Below, piece after piece: positions 1 to 10,226 of a stretch of 64,000 bases of DNA. The stretch comes from an uncultured Verrucomicrobiae bacterium. GTDB taxonomy: Bacteria > Verrucomicrobiota > Verrucomicrobiia > Chthoniobacterales > UBA10450. Where the stretch lies: NCBI GenBank assembly GCA_963834385.1, contig CAWIBO010000002.1:32001-96000 (forward strand), written 5' to 3'. The position numbers and the translations under genes were made by a program. Below the pieces are notes generated by a model. The model did no database searches, was not told the DNA's origin, and saw only the letters and a list, made by a program, of their open reading frames with translations. Numbering within the stretch: position 1 is the first letter of the stretch; each line of letters opens with the position of its first letter.

Positions 1-1581
1 CGCGTTCGGTGATCAGTTCGCGAAGCGGATCGGTGATGTCGCAGCAGTTCGTAGATGCCCTTGCGGCCCTTGTAGCCGGTCTGCGCCGCAGGCGTCGCAG
101 CCGCCGCCGGTGAAGAAATGCTTGTCGCCGATGTCGCGCTGGGAGAAGCCGAGCTGGTTGAGCACGGTCGGGCTCGGGCTCGTAAGGCCGCACGGCACTC
201 CTTGCAGATGGTGCGGAGCAGGCGCTGGGCGAGCACGCCCTCCAGGGTGGCGGAGACGAGGAAGGGCTCGACGCCCATGTCGATCAGACGGGTGACGGCG
301 CCCGGCGGCGTCGTTGGTGTGCAGGGTGGTGAAGCACCAAGTGGCCGGTGAGGGAGGCCTGGATGGCGATCTGCGCGGTTTCCATGTCGCGCATTTCGCC
401 GACCATGATGCGGTCCGGATCCTGACGCAGGAAGGCGCGGAGGACGCGGGCGAAGGTCAGGCCGATCGCTTCGTTGATCGGGACCTGCATGATGCCGTCG
501 ATGTCGTATTCCACCGGGTCCTCGGCGGTGAGCAGCTTGGCGTCGATGGTGTTGATCTTGCGCAGGCGGCGTAGAGCGTGGTGGTCTTGCCCGCGCCGGT
601 CGGGCCGGTGACGATGAAGATGCCGTTGGGCTTGCTGGATCGTCTCGTGGATGTACTCGTAGATGTAATCGGGCGTCAGCCCAGATTCTCGAGGTCGAGG
701 TTGACGGAGGAGCGGTCGAGCACGCGGAGCACGACGCTTTCGCCGATACTGGGTCGGCAGGGTGGAGACGCGCATGTCGACCGGGCGCCCGTCGATCATT
801 CGTTCATGATGCGGCCGTCCTGCGGGCAGGCGGCGCTCGGCGATGTTCATGTTCGCCATGACCTTGACGCGGGAGATGACCGGGAGTCGCGAGGTGACCG
901 GCGGCGGCGCCATTTCGTAAAGCGCGCCGTCCACGCGGTAGCGGATCTTGAACTCGTTCTCGAAGGGCTCGAAGTGAATGTCGCTCGCGCGGCTCCTTGA
1001 TGGCCTGGTAGAGCACCAGGTCGACGAAACGGATGATGGGCGCGCAGTTGGCCTCGGCCTCGAGCTGGCGGCGCTGGTATCGTCGCCGCGCAGGGTCATG
1101 AGCTCGCCGGCTTCGCCGAGCTGCTTCAGGATATCCTCCATGCTGGAGCTCTCGCTGCCGTAGTGCTCGTTGATCAGCTCCTCCACCTGACCGGTGGGCG
1201 AAACGACCACGTGGATCTCCTTGCCGAGGGCGAAGCGAAGATCCTCGGTCGCGCGCAGGTTGAGCGGATCGACCAGCGACACCGTCAGGGTGTTCTCATT
1301 CAGGCCCAGGGGAAGGGCGCCGTGGAGGCGGGCCAGCCCGGCCGGAATGAGCGCGCAGCACTTCCGGCGGGCTGACGTGATGGTCCAGGTCGATGAATTC
1401 GGCGCCGAGGTCATCGGCGATGACGCGGCCAGAAATCGTGCTCGGTGACGAAGCCGTCCTCGACGAGAGTCTGGGCCACGGTCTTGCCATTGACGTTGGC
1501 CTCCTCGAGGACGTCATCCGCCTGGCCGGGCTGCAAGACCTGCTGCTCCACGAAAAGATCGGCGACCTGCTTGTTGTTCAT
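1..1581 (-). CDS. GspE/PilB family type II/IV secretion ATPase, multiply frameshifted, runs off the window edge
   Basis: Start [10 protein letters not shown] at 1581. Fragments in several frames carry [25 protein letters not shown], Walker A ([10 protein letters not shown]), [22 protein letters not shown] and a C-terminal GCDAC zinc motif. Confidence 0.85.
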
Positions 1582-1596
1582 CGTCGGAAAAACCGC

Positions 1597-3298
1597 CTAA
1601 CCGTCATCGCCCATGGTGACCGCGATGACTTCCTCGGCGGAGGTCATGCCGGCGAGCACCTTGCGGATGCCGTCTTCGCGCAGGGTGCGCATGCCGAGTT
1701 CGCGGGCGCGTTGCCGCAGGACGAGGGTGGAAGCTGCTTGTTGATCATGTGGCGCACTTCGTCGTCGACGTCGAAGATCTCGAAGATGCCGAGACGGCCG
1801 TTGTAGCCGTTGCCCCGGCACTTCTCGCAACCGATCGGGCGCATGACCGTGGCCCCGGTGAGCTGGGAGGCATCCAGATTCAGCGCCCGCAGTTCCTCCT
1901 CGGAAAGCTCGGCCGGCTCTTGCAGTCGGCACAGAGCCGGCGGACGAGGCGCTGGGCCATGATGGCGCGCACGGCGGAGGCGATGAGGAACGGCTTCATG
2001 CCGATGTCGACCAGACGCGCCACGGCGGAGGGGGCGTCGTTGGTGTGCAGGGTGCTGAAAACCAAGGTGACCGGTGAGGGAGGCGTTGATGGCGATGTTG
2101 GCCGTCTCCAGGTCGCGAATTTCACCGATCATGATGATGTTCGGCGCCTGGCGGAGCATGGAGCGCAGCGCGGCGGCGAAGGTCATGCCGATGTCGTCCT
2201 TCACCATCACCTGGTTGATCCCGCTCATCTGGTATTCGACCGGGTCTTCCACGGTGATGATCTTGCGGTCGGGCTTGTTGATGAATTCAGGCAGGCGTAG
2301 AGCGTGGTGGTCTTGCCCGAGCCGGTCGGGCCGGTCACGAGGATGATGCCGTCGGGCAGGCTGAGGAGGTGCTCGAAGGTTTCCTGGTCGTCGCTGAAGA
2401 AGCCGAGCTCGGGCAGGCCGAGGAGCAGGCTCGATTTGTCGAGAATACGCATGACCACGCTTTCGCCGTGGTTGGTCGGAATGGTGGAGACGCGGAGATC
2501 GATCGCCTTGTTCCCGATCTTGACCTGGATGCGGCCGTCCTGCGGCAGGCGTTTCTCCGCGATGCTCATGGAGCCGGTCATGATCTTGAGGCGGGAGATG
2601 ATGGCAGACTGGAGCCGGCGGGGGGGCGCCTGCATTTCCTGGAGAACGCCATCGATGCGGAAGCGCACGCGAAACTTCGTCTCGAGCGGCTCGAGATGGA
2701 TGTCACTGGCGCCGGCCCGGTGCGCCTCGATCAGGAGCATGGAGACCATCTGGATGATGGGAGCGTCGGCCTCGTCGCCTTCCAGCGCCCCGGCGTTGTC
2801 GGTCAGCTCAAGGTCGAGGGCCGGTTCGCCGCCAAGTTGCTCGAGGAGGGCATCGGAGGCGTCGTCCGCCGACCCGTAATATTTGATCAGGGCCTCGCGG
2901 ATCTGGGCCGGGCTGGTGCAGACGAGCTCGAGTTCGCGCTGCAAAAGAAAGCCAAGGCTGTCGATGGTGTCGATGTCCAGGGGATCGCCCACGGCAACGA
3001 CCAGGCCGGAATCGCCCAGTCCCACCGGGATGACTTTGAAGCGGCGGGCGTGCGCGGGCCGGATCTGCTGGATGATCTCGGGCGGAATGACCCGGGTGGA
3101 GAGGTCGATCCAATCCATGTGCGCCTGTGCGGCGATGGTGCGGGAAACATCGGTTTCCGAGATGACGCCCTCCCGCACGAGCACCTCGACCGCGTTGGAG
3201 GAGCCGTTGCGCCGGGCTCGCGCGCCCGCGACCTGCTTGCCGGTAACGAGTCCCGCGTCCTGCAGCAACTCGAGCACGTAATCGTCGTTTCGGTGCAC
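1597..3298 (-). CDS. GspE/PilB family type II/IV secretion ATPase with MshEN-like N-terminus, frameshifted
   Basis: ORFs 2225-3298, 1644-2252, 1880-2125 and 1597-1932 join into one protein: [76 protein letters not shown]. Confidence 0.88.
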
Positions 3299-3307
3299 CG
3301 GGAGGAA

Positions 3308-5164
3308 TTATTCTACCGTGACGCTTTTCGCGAGATTGCGCGGCTTGTCCACATCGCGCCCGAGGGCGACCGAGAGATGGTAGGCAAGCAGTTGCAGGGG
3401 AATCACGGAAAGAATGGGGGTGACGACATCGTGGGCGACGGGGAGAACGATGATGTCGTTGGCGATTCCGTGCAGGCGGTCGGCTGAGGTCTCAGAGGTG
3501 ACTACGATGAGCGGGCCCTTGCGCGCCTTGACCTGCTCGATGTTGTTCAGGTTCTTGGAAAAAACGGCGTCATCCGGCGCGATGAAGAGACTGGGCAGGT
3601 CGGGGCGAACGAGGGCGATGATGCCGTGCTTCAGTTCGGCGCTGGGATGGCCCTCGGCGAAAAGATAGGTGATCTCCTTGAGTTTGAGGGCGCCCTCGAG
3701 AGCAATCGGATAGTTGAGCTGCCGGCCGAAGAAGAGCAGGCCGTTGGCCGAGACATATTTGCGGGCGATCTCCCGGATATGATCGCTCAGCTTCAGCACC
3801 TCCTCGATTTGCTCCGGCAGATGCTCGAGCGCCTCGATGATCCGGCTGCCCTCGGCGGTGGAAAGATGCCGCATGCGGCCAAGCAGCAGGCCGATCAGCG
3901 TCATGATCACGACCTGGGAAGTGAAAGACTTGGTGGCGGCGACGCCGATCTCGGGCCCGGCGTGCATGTAGACGCCGCCGTCGCTTTCGCGCGCGATGGT
4001 GCTGGCGACGTTGTTGCAGATGCCGAGGGTGCGAAAGCCCTTGCGCCGGCTTTCCCGCAGCGCGCCCAGGGTATCGGCCGTCTCGCCGCTCTGGCTGATG
4101 GCGAAGACCAGGGTGTCGCGGTCCATGGGCGAATTGCGATGGCGGAACTCGCTCGCGAATTCCACCTCGGTCGGGATGCCGGCCAGGTGTTCGATGATGT
4201 ATTCGCCCACCATGGCGGCGTGCAGCGCCGTCCCGCAGCCGGTGAGGACAATGCGGCTGACGTCGCGGAGCTCAGCCGTGCTCATGTTGAGGCCGCCCAG
4301 CTTGGCGGAGCATTCTTCCGGGCTGAGCCGGCCGCGCATGGCGTCCCGGACGGAATTGGGCTGCTCGAAGATTTCCTTGAGCATGTAATGCGGGTAATCG
4401 CCCTTTTTGATCTCCTCCGAGGTGAATTCGACCTTGGAAACTTCGTGCGGCCCCGCTTCGCCGGCCAGGCTCTGGATCTCGAAGCGGTCGCGTTCCACCA
4501 CCGCGATGTCGAAGTCATTCAGGTAAACGGCATCGCGGGTGTAGGCCACGATTGCGCTGACGTCGCTGGCGAGAAAGTTTTCGTCCTTGCCCACGCCGAG
4601 CACGAGCGGGGAGCCGCGCCGGGCGCCAATCATGAAATCGGGGATGTCGCTGTGCAGGAGGGCGATGCCATAGGTGCCGATGACCTGCTTGAGCGCGGCC
4701 CGGGTGGCATTCACCAGGCGGGCCTTCGACTCCGTCCCTTCCATCTTGTCGTAGATGCTGCCGATGAGGTGGGCCAGCACCTCCGTGTCCGTCTCCGAGA
4801 CAAAGGAATGCCCGCCTTCGCGTTCCAGTTCCGACTTGAGGGCGGCGTAGTTCTCGATGACGCCGTTATGCACCAGGGCGAGGCGCCCGCTCTGGTCGAA
4901 ATGCGGATGGGCGTTGTCGTCCGTGACCTTGCCGTGGGTGGCCCAGCGGGTATGGCTGATGCCGTAGTGGCCGGTGACCGGTTTCTCGGAGATCAACCGG
5001 GCCAGGTTGGCGATGCGGCCCGTCCGTTTCCGTGTTTCCACGCCGCCGCCGTTGACGATGGCGACGCCGGCGGAGTCGTAGCCGCGATATTCGAGGCGAC
5101 GGAGCCCGTCGAGGAGAATGGGGGCGGCTTCGGCCCGGCCCACGTAACCTACGATTCCGCACAT
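3308..5164 (-). CDS. glmS: Glutamine--fructose-6-phosphate aminotransferase (isomerizing)
   Basis: True start MCGIVGY (ATG at 5164); LEYRGYDSAG, HTRWATHG, SQSGETADT and the C-terminal DKPRNLAKSVTVE. Confidence 0.98.
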   Translation of the reverse strand: MCGIVGYVGRAEAAPILLDGLRRLEYRGYDSAGVAIVNGGGVETRKRTGRIANLARLISEKPVTGHYGISHTRWATHGKVTDDNAHPHFDQSGRLALVHNGVIENYAALKSELEREGGHSFVSETDTEVLAHLIGSIYDKMEGTESKARLVNATRAALKQVIGTYGIALLHSDIPDFMIGARRGSPLVLGVGKDENFLASDVSAIVAYTRDAVYLNDFDIAVVERDRFEIQSLAGEAGPHEVSKVEFTSEEIKKGDYPHYMLKEIFEQPNSVRDAMRGRLSPEECSAKLGGLNMSTAELRDVSRIVLTGCGTALHAAMVGEYIIEHLAGIPTEVEFASEFRHRNSPMDRDTLVFAISQSGETADTLGALRESRRKGFRTLGICNNVASTIARESDGGVYMHAGPEIGVAATKSFTSQVVIMTLIGLLLGRMRHLSTAEGSRIIEALEHLPEQIEEVLKLSDHIREIARKYVSANGLLFFGRQLNYPIALEGALKLKEITYLFAEGHPSAELKHGIIALVRPDLPSLFIAPDDAVFSKNLNNIEQVKARKGPLIVVTSETSADRLHGIANDIIVLPVAHDVVTPILSVIPLQLLAYHLSVALGRDVDKPRNLAKSVTVE

Positions 5165-5285
5165 GCCCGGAGCGTAACGCAACGCCCACGGGGTGACAAC
5201 AGTGGCGCCGACCTGACAAGACCGAAGTTCGTGCCACAATGGAGGGCACGGCCCGCGACCCGGGCCGCCGCGATTACTGGAACAA

Positions 5286-6584
5286 ATGCCCGCCAACGAC
5301 CTGCCGCCCGGCACCATGGAACGCACCCTTTCCATTATCATGGGGGGCGGCGCCGGGACCCGCCTCTTTCCCCTGACCAAGGATCGGGCGAAGCCGGCTG
5401 TGCCGCTCGGCGGCAAATACCGGCTGGTGGACATCCCGATCAGCAACTGCCTGAACTCCGGACTGCGCCGGATTTATGTGCTGACGCAGTTCAACACGAT
5501 GTCGCTGCACCGGCACATCCAGTCGAGTTACAAGTTCGACAACTTCACCCGCAGCTTTGTCGACATCCTGGCGGCGCAGCAGACGCCGGAGCATTCCGCC
5601 TGGTATCAGGGCACGGCCGACGCCGTGCGCCAGAACATGCGTTATTTCCTGGAGAAGCCCTACGACCATTTCCTCATCCTGAGCGGCGACCAGCTTTACC
5701 GGATGGATTTCCGGACCCTGCTCCAGCAGCACATCGCCTCGGGGGCCGATATCACGCTGGCGACCAAGCCGGTGACCCGGGCGCAGGCGGGGGACTTCGG
5801 GATCATGGAAAGCGGGGCCGATCGCCGGATCACGCGTTTTGTGGAGAAGCCGAAGGAGAAGGAAGTGCTCGACGGCATCCGGATGAATGCCGAGCTCCTG
5901 CAGGCGACGGGTTCAGGGGCCGATGAGGAACTTTTCCAGGCTTCGATGGGCATTTATGTCTTCAACCGGCAGGTGCTGGTGGACTGCCTCGACAACGACC
6001 TGGCCGACTTTGGGAAACACATCATTCCGCAGTCGATCAAGGACCGGCATGTGAGCGCCTTCATTTTCAAGGGTTACTGGGAGGACATCGGAACCATCCG
6101 GGCCTTTTATGAGGCGAACCTGGACCTGACCAATCTGGTGCCCTCTTACAGTTTCTTCGAGGCGGCCTCGCCGATCTACACCCACCCCCGGTTTCTTCCG
6201 GGGAGCAAAATCAACGGCGCCACCCTGCGCCAGGCGATCGTTTCCGACGGCTGCATCATCTCCGACGCGCACCTGGAGCGGAGTGTGGTGGGCATCCGCA
6301 GCATTATCCGGCCCGGGGCCACGATCCGGAACAGCATCGTCATGGGGGCCGACTATTTCGAAAGCGATGCGATGCCGGTGCAGGCGGATGTTCCGCCGAT
6401 GGGAATCGGCAAGAATTGCGTCATTGAAGGGGCGATCATCGACAAGAACGCCCGGATTGGCGATGGGGTGGTGATCACGCCGGAAGGAAAACCGGCGGAT
6501 CACGACGGCGACAATTTCTACACGCGGGACGGCGTGGTGGTGGTGCCGAAGAACGCGGTGATCCCGCACGGCGCCTGGATCTAG
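5286..6584 (+). CDS. glgC: Glucose-1-phosphate adenylyltransferase
   Basis: GGGAGTRLFPLTKDRAKPAVP, WYQGTADAV, LSGDQLYRMD, FVEKP, YWEDIGT and a beta-helix C-terminus. Start may be ATG at about 5316. Confidence 0.97.
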   Translation: MPANDLPPGTMERTLSIIMGGGAGTRLFPLTKDRAKPAVPLGGKYRLVDIPISNCLNSGLRRIYVLTQFNTMSLHRHIQSSYKFDNFTRSFVDILAAQQTPEHSAWYQGTADAVRQNMRYFLEKPYDHFLILSGDQLYRMDFRTLLQQHIASGADITLATKPVTRAQAGDFGIMESGADRRITRFVEKPKEKEVLDGIRMNAELLQATGSGADEELFQASMGIYVFNRQVLVDCLDNDLADFGKHIIPQSIKDRHVSAFIFKGYWEDIGTIRAFYEANLDLTNLVPSYSFFEAASPIYTHPRFLPGSKINGATLRQAIVSDGCIISDAHLERSVVGIRSIIRPGATIRNSIVMGADYFESDAMPVQADVPPMGIGKNCVIEGAIIDKNARIGDGVVITPEGKPADHDGDNFYTRDGVVVVPKNAVIPHGAWI

Positions 6585-6629
6585 GCGCGGGCGCTTCCCG
6601 GTCTTCGGGGGGTGGTGGGAGGCGGCCGG

Positions 6630-6851
6630 CTAGGGGCCGTCGCTCGAGCCGCGCATGCCGGCGGGCATGTTGGCGCCGACTTCCCAGTCCTGTTGTTCAT
6701 TCCAGGGGATGGAGGATTCCCGCCGGGCATTGGGATCGTCGACAATGGCGGCAGTCTCCTGCTTCGTGGCACAGGAAGAGGCCAGGAAAGAGGCGACGAG
6801 AAGAAGCAGAAGGGCGGTGGACCGCGTGAAGTTAAGGATTGTTTCCCGCAT
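6630..6851 (-). CDS. Small putative lipoprotein
   Basis: MRETILNF start, hydrophobic stretch ending in lipobox-like LASSC, short tail (SSIPWNEQQDWE); overlaps the stop of the upstream gene. Confidence 0.6.
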   Translation of the reverse strand: MRETILNFTRSTALLLLLVASFLASSCATKQETAAIVDDPNARRESSIPWNEQQDWEVGANMPAGMRGSSDGP

Positions 6852-7620
6852 AAACGACATTGTCTCCAGGTTGCACCTGAACCCCTCGGGACAGGCTGCT
6901 GGCAACGATATCGCCGATGGCGGTGGCCGGTTCAACTGAAGAAACGCGGATTTTGGCGATGAGACTGGCGCCGCGCAGGACCAGCATCTCCGAGGCGCGC
7001 TCGATGCCCTGGCGGGCGCCGAGATTGAGGACGACGAAGTTGTAGGCCTCGTTCACGGCGAGGACCGTGCCGCGCAGACCAGGCCGGCTCGCGGCGAGCT
7101 GGCGCTGTTTTTGTTCCTGCTCAATCTGCTCGGAGCGCTCCTGCACGGTGCGCAATTGCTCGGAAAGAAGGTTTCTTTCCCGTTCCGCGCCTTCCAGTTG
7201 CCGGCGGGTTTCCTCGAGTTGCGATTGCAACTCGGCCGCGGAGAGCCCGGGCACGCCGTCCGGGCCGGCCACGGGGGCGGCTTCGTCGAGCCGGCGGCGC
7301 AATTCCGCAATTTCGGTGTCGTTCGCCTGCAGCCGGGACTGGAGATCGGCCCGTTCGGTCTGCGTCTTGATCAGTTCGGCCTCGGCGTTGGCAATGCGGG
7401 ACTCCGATTCCTCGAACTTGACGTTGGCGGCGGCGATGACGGCCTCCTTTTCCTTGAGCGCGTCCTGCTGCTGCTTGTTCTGGCGCTCGGAAGCGTCGCG
7501 GGCGGCGAGGGCGTTCGCCTGTTCCGTGCGCAGGGTCTGCATGCGGCTGTTATTTAGCACGCCGAAAACCGCGGAGAGGGTGAGAAACAGCAGCGAGGCG
7601 CCGATGAGAATGCGAGGCAT
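6832..7620 (-). CDS. Membrane-anchored coiled-coil protein with C-terminal beta domain
   Basis: N-terminal TM helix, long heptad-rich region, C-terminal GTVLAVNEAYNFVVLNLG...VQPGDNV. Confidence 0.75.
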   Translation of the reverse strand: MPRILIGASLLFLTLSAVFGVLNNSRMQTLRTEQANALAARDASERQNKQQQDALKEKEAVIAAANVKFEESESRIANAEAELIKTQTERADLQSRLQANDTEIAELRRRLDEAAPVAGPDGVPGLSAAELQSQLEETRRQLEGAERERNLLSEQLRTVQERSEQIEQEQKQRQLAASRPGLRGTVLAVNEAYNFVVLNLGARQGIERASEMLVLRGASLIAKIRVSSVEPATAIGDIVASSLSRGVQVQPGDNVVYAGNNP

Positions 7621-7747
7621 GAGAGGGGGGAAACGGCAGTTTGTAACGCGGAACGGGCGCGCCTGGCAAACAGTTTTGGACGCCCGGGCGCGAATTTCTC
7701 TGTTTTTATTTGTCCACCGGCCTTTCCGCGCCTATAGGAACCGCGCC

Positions 7748-7885
7748 ATGGGTCAGCAACACCGAGTCCAGACCAAGCGCCGGCGCCGCAAGGCTTACCT
7801 GCAACGCAAGAAAGCCACGGCCAAGGAGCCTCGCCGCGAGGCGCCCAAGGCGCGTGGCAAAAAACAGGCGGCCGCGGCCAAGTAG
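7748..7885 (+). CDS. Small very basic protein (45 aa)
   Basis: MGQQHRVQTKRRRRKAYLQRKK...QAAAAK; ATG at 7748, TAG at 7883-7885; lies between an AT-rich divergent promoter region and the NYN gene. Confidence 0.65.
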   Translation: MGQQHRVQTKRRRRKAYLQRKKATAKEPRREAPKARGKKQAAAAK

Positions 7886-7905
7886 GCTGGCGCCAGGGCG
7901 GCGCA

Positions 7906-8310
7906 GTGTCCCCGCAATATCTCATCGTCGACGGCCACAGCGTCATTTTTGCCTGGCCGGAGTTAAAGGCCCTGCATCTGCGGCGCAACTCGCTCGCGCG
8001 CGACGCCCTTATCCGGACCCTGCGCGATTACCAGGACTGGACCGACATCAGGGTGGTGGTCGTTTTCGACGGCCAGGGCGGGAAGATCGAGCAGGTCACC
8101 CTGCCGGGTGAAATCCAGGTGTTTTATTCCCAGGCGGGGCAGACGGCCGATTCGGTCATTGAACGGCTCACCGGCAAGTACGCCCCGCAGTTCCGGCTGA
8201 CCGTGGCGACGGATGACCGGGCGGAACAGGATACGGCGGCCGCGTTCGGCGCCGACCATATTTCCACCCGCATGTTGCGGGCGCTGATTGAGGAAGCCGT
8301 CAGGCGGTAG
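7906..8310 (+). CDS. YacP/Rae1-like NYN domain protein
   Basis: LIVDGHSV, VVVFDG, YSQAGQTADSVIE and VATDD acidic motifs of the PIN/NYN fold. Confidence 0.85.
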   Translation: MSPQYLIVDGHSVIFAWPELKALHLRRNSLARDALIRTLRDYQDWTDIRVVVVFDGQGGKIEQVTLPGEIQVFYSQAGQTADSVIERLTGKYAPQFRLTVATDDRAEQDTAAAFGADHISTRMLRALIEEAVRR

Positions 8311-8325
8311 GAGCGCGGCGATGCC

Positions 8326-8793
8326 TCAGGCGGCGCCGAGCAGAGCCGGCCGGTTCTGGCGCGCGGCAGTCTGGCGGGCCCGCTGCTGGGCGGTGGCGAG
8401 CACGCGGGAAAGAACGCAGTAAAGCTGCTCGACCGGAAGATTTTTGCTCACGTAACCGTTGGCACCGGCGCGGAGCGCCTCGTGCATCCGGTTCTCGTCG
8501 TAGCCGACCCCGGTGAAAACGATGATGGGAAGCTGCGGCTGCACCTCGCGGATGAAGGAGATGAGGGCGATCCCGTCGACCTTGGGCATTCTCAGGTCGA
8601 CGATGGCGACTTCGCAATCGTGGAACTCGAGCCAGGAAGCGGTCTGGAACCCCTCGGTGAGCGATTCGCAGGTGTGACCTTTTTGGCGGAGGTAGGTGAC
8701 GAGGAACTTCGCGATGGCGGGGTCGTCGTCGATGATGAGGAAATCTGCGCGGTCGCGGTCGAGGATTTTCATGTGGCGTGTTATAATTTCCAT
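8326..8793 (-). CDS. Single-domain response regulator (REC)
   Basis: LIIDDD, IVDLRMPKVDG, FTG, GANGYVSK. Start is ATG 8793 or 8772; the longer upstream ORF extension runs through repeats. Confidence 0.88.
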   Translation of the reverse strand: MEIITRHMKILDRDRADFLIIDDDPAIAKFLVTYLRQKGHTCESLTEGFQTASWLEFHDCEVAIVDLRMPKVDGIALISFIREVQPQLPIIVFTGVGYDENRMHEALRAGANGYVSKNLPVEQLYCVLSRVLATAQQRARQTAARQNRPALLGAA

Positions 8794-8830
8794 AAGCAGG
8801 TAGCTTGCCACGCACCCGGGGCTGGTTCCC

Positions 8831-9186
8831 GGAGGGACGCGCTTCCGCGCGTCCGTGGACCTGCGGAAGCAGGTGCCTCCGTCGGGCCCGGGGTCATCCC
8901 CGAGCGTAGCGAGGGACCTCACGGGCGATGTTTGGCGTGGCGAGAGGGGGCGTGAATGGTAAATCGTGAATGGTGAATGGTATATAGAAGCGGGCCTCTT
9001 CGGTGGGGCGACGCTCCGCGGAGCCTGGGAGCACGCGCCGCCCCCCAGTGAAAGCGGGGCGGTAACGAGAATTCGGGCCAAAACGCCCGCCCTCATCTCC
9101 CTCTGCTGATCTCTGTGCCCTCTGCGTCTCTGCGGTGAAACCCCTGGCTGCGCGTGCTCCCAGGCTCGACAGAGTCTCGCCCTACC
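8831..9186. repeat. Composite intergenic repeat mosaic A (REP-like palindromes plus short tandem repeats)
   Basis: R1 double hairpin 8831-8880; R2 GTCATCCCCGAGCGTAGCGAGGGACCTC 8893-8940; R3 (GTGAATG)n 8945-8981; R4 inverted pair 9002-9032 and 9156-9186; R5 CTCTG-periodic 9101-9140. Confidence 0.9.
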
Positions 9187-10205
9187 TAGCGCAGCTTTTG
9201 TTCGAGGGCCTTGACCCGTTCGAACAGTTTTCCAAGGCGGCGCACCAGGGCCAGGTGGCGGATGGCGTCTTCCAGCGGTTCGGAAGGTGTGGCCCACCAG
9301 GTGCCGCCGTTGAGATTCTTGGAAACGCCGGTCTGGGCCCCGATTTTGGTGTCATCCCCAATCTCGATATGGCCGATAATGCCGACCTGCCCCCCGATGA
9401 GGACGCGCTGGCCGATCCGGACACTCCCGGCGATGCCGACCTGGGCGGCGATGACGGAATGTTTGCCGATCACGACGTTGTGCGCCACCTGCACCAGGTT
9501 GTCGATTTTCACGCCTTCCTGGATCCAGGTCCGGCCAAAGCGTGCCCGGTCGATCGTGGTGTTGGCGCCAATCTCGACCTCGTCATCAATTTGCACGATC
9601 CCAATCTGCGGCACCTTTTGCTGGCGCCCGTCCTGCACCTCAAACCCGAAACCGTCGGCCCCGATGACGGCGCCGCTGTGCAAAACGACCCGCGCACCGA
9701 GGCGGCAGCGTTCCCGGATGATGACGTTGGGATAGATCAGGCAATCCGGGCCGATCTCGCAGCCATGGCCGACGTAGCTGCCGGCTCCGATGACGGTGTT
9801 GGCCCCAACGGAAGCGCCCTCTTCAATGACGGCGTGCGCCTGGATCGAGACGTTCGGGCCCAGGCTGGCGCCGGGTGAAATCACGGCACTGGGATGGATG
9901 CCCGGAGGAAACCGGACCGGGGGCGGAGCGAGGCGCAGGACCACCTGCTCGAAAGCCCGGGCCGGCCTGGCCACCTGGATCCGGGCCGGGCCGATCTCCT
10001 CGGCGAAATCTTCCGGAACAAAGACGGCGCTGGCCCGGGTTTTCCGGAGCGCGTGGATGTAGCGCGAATCGCCGTAGAAACTGATCTCGCCTTCCGTGGC
10101 CTCGGCGAGGGAGGCCGCCCCGGTGATGGAGAGGCCGGCCTCGCCCTGCAGGCGGCCGCCGGTCAGTTCGGCCAGTTCCGCGAGGGTAAAGGAGGGTGTT
10201 TGCAA
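9186..10205 (-). CDS. lpxD: UDP-3-O-(3-hydroxyacyl)glucosamine N-acyltransferase
   Basis: Hexapeptide repeats, GADGFGF, VPQIGIV, EIGANTTIDR, KIDNLVQVAHNV. Confidence 0.97.
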   Translation of the reverse strand: MQTPSFTLAELAELTGGRLQGEAGLSITGAASLAEATEGEISFYGDSRYIHALRKTRASAVFVPEDFAEEIGPARIQVARPARAFEQVVLRLAPPPVRFPPGIHPSAVISPGASLGPNVSIQAHAVIEEGASVGANTVIGAGSYVGHGCEIGPDCLIYPNVIIRERCRLGARVVLHSGAVIGADGFGFEVQDGRQQKVPQIGIVQIDDEVEIGANTTIDRARFGRTWIQEGVKIDNLVQVAHNVVIGKHSVIAAQVGIAGSVRIGQRVLIGGQVGIIGHIEIGDDTKIGAQTGVSKNLNGGTWWATPSEPLEDAIRHLALVRRLGKLFERVKALEQKLR

Positions 10206-10226
10206 AGAGAGCCGGGCGGGGCCGCC

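Noticed and set aside
5165..5285. glmS ribozyme upstream of glmS
   Set aside because: Only 121 bp shared with divergent glgC, no recognisable ribozyme core, and a -10-like hexamer sits 6 nt from the ATG.
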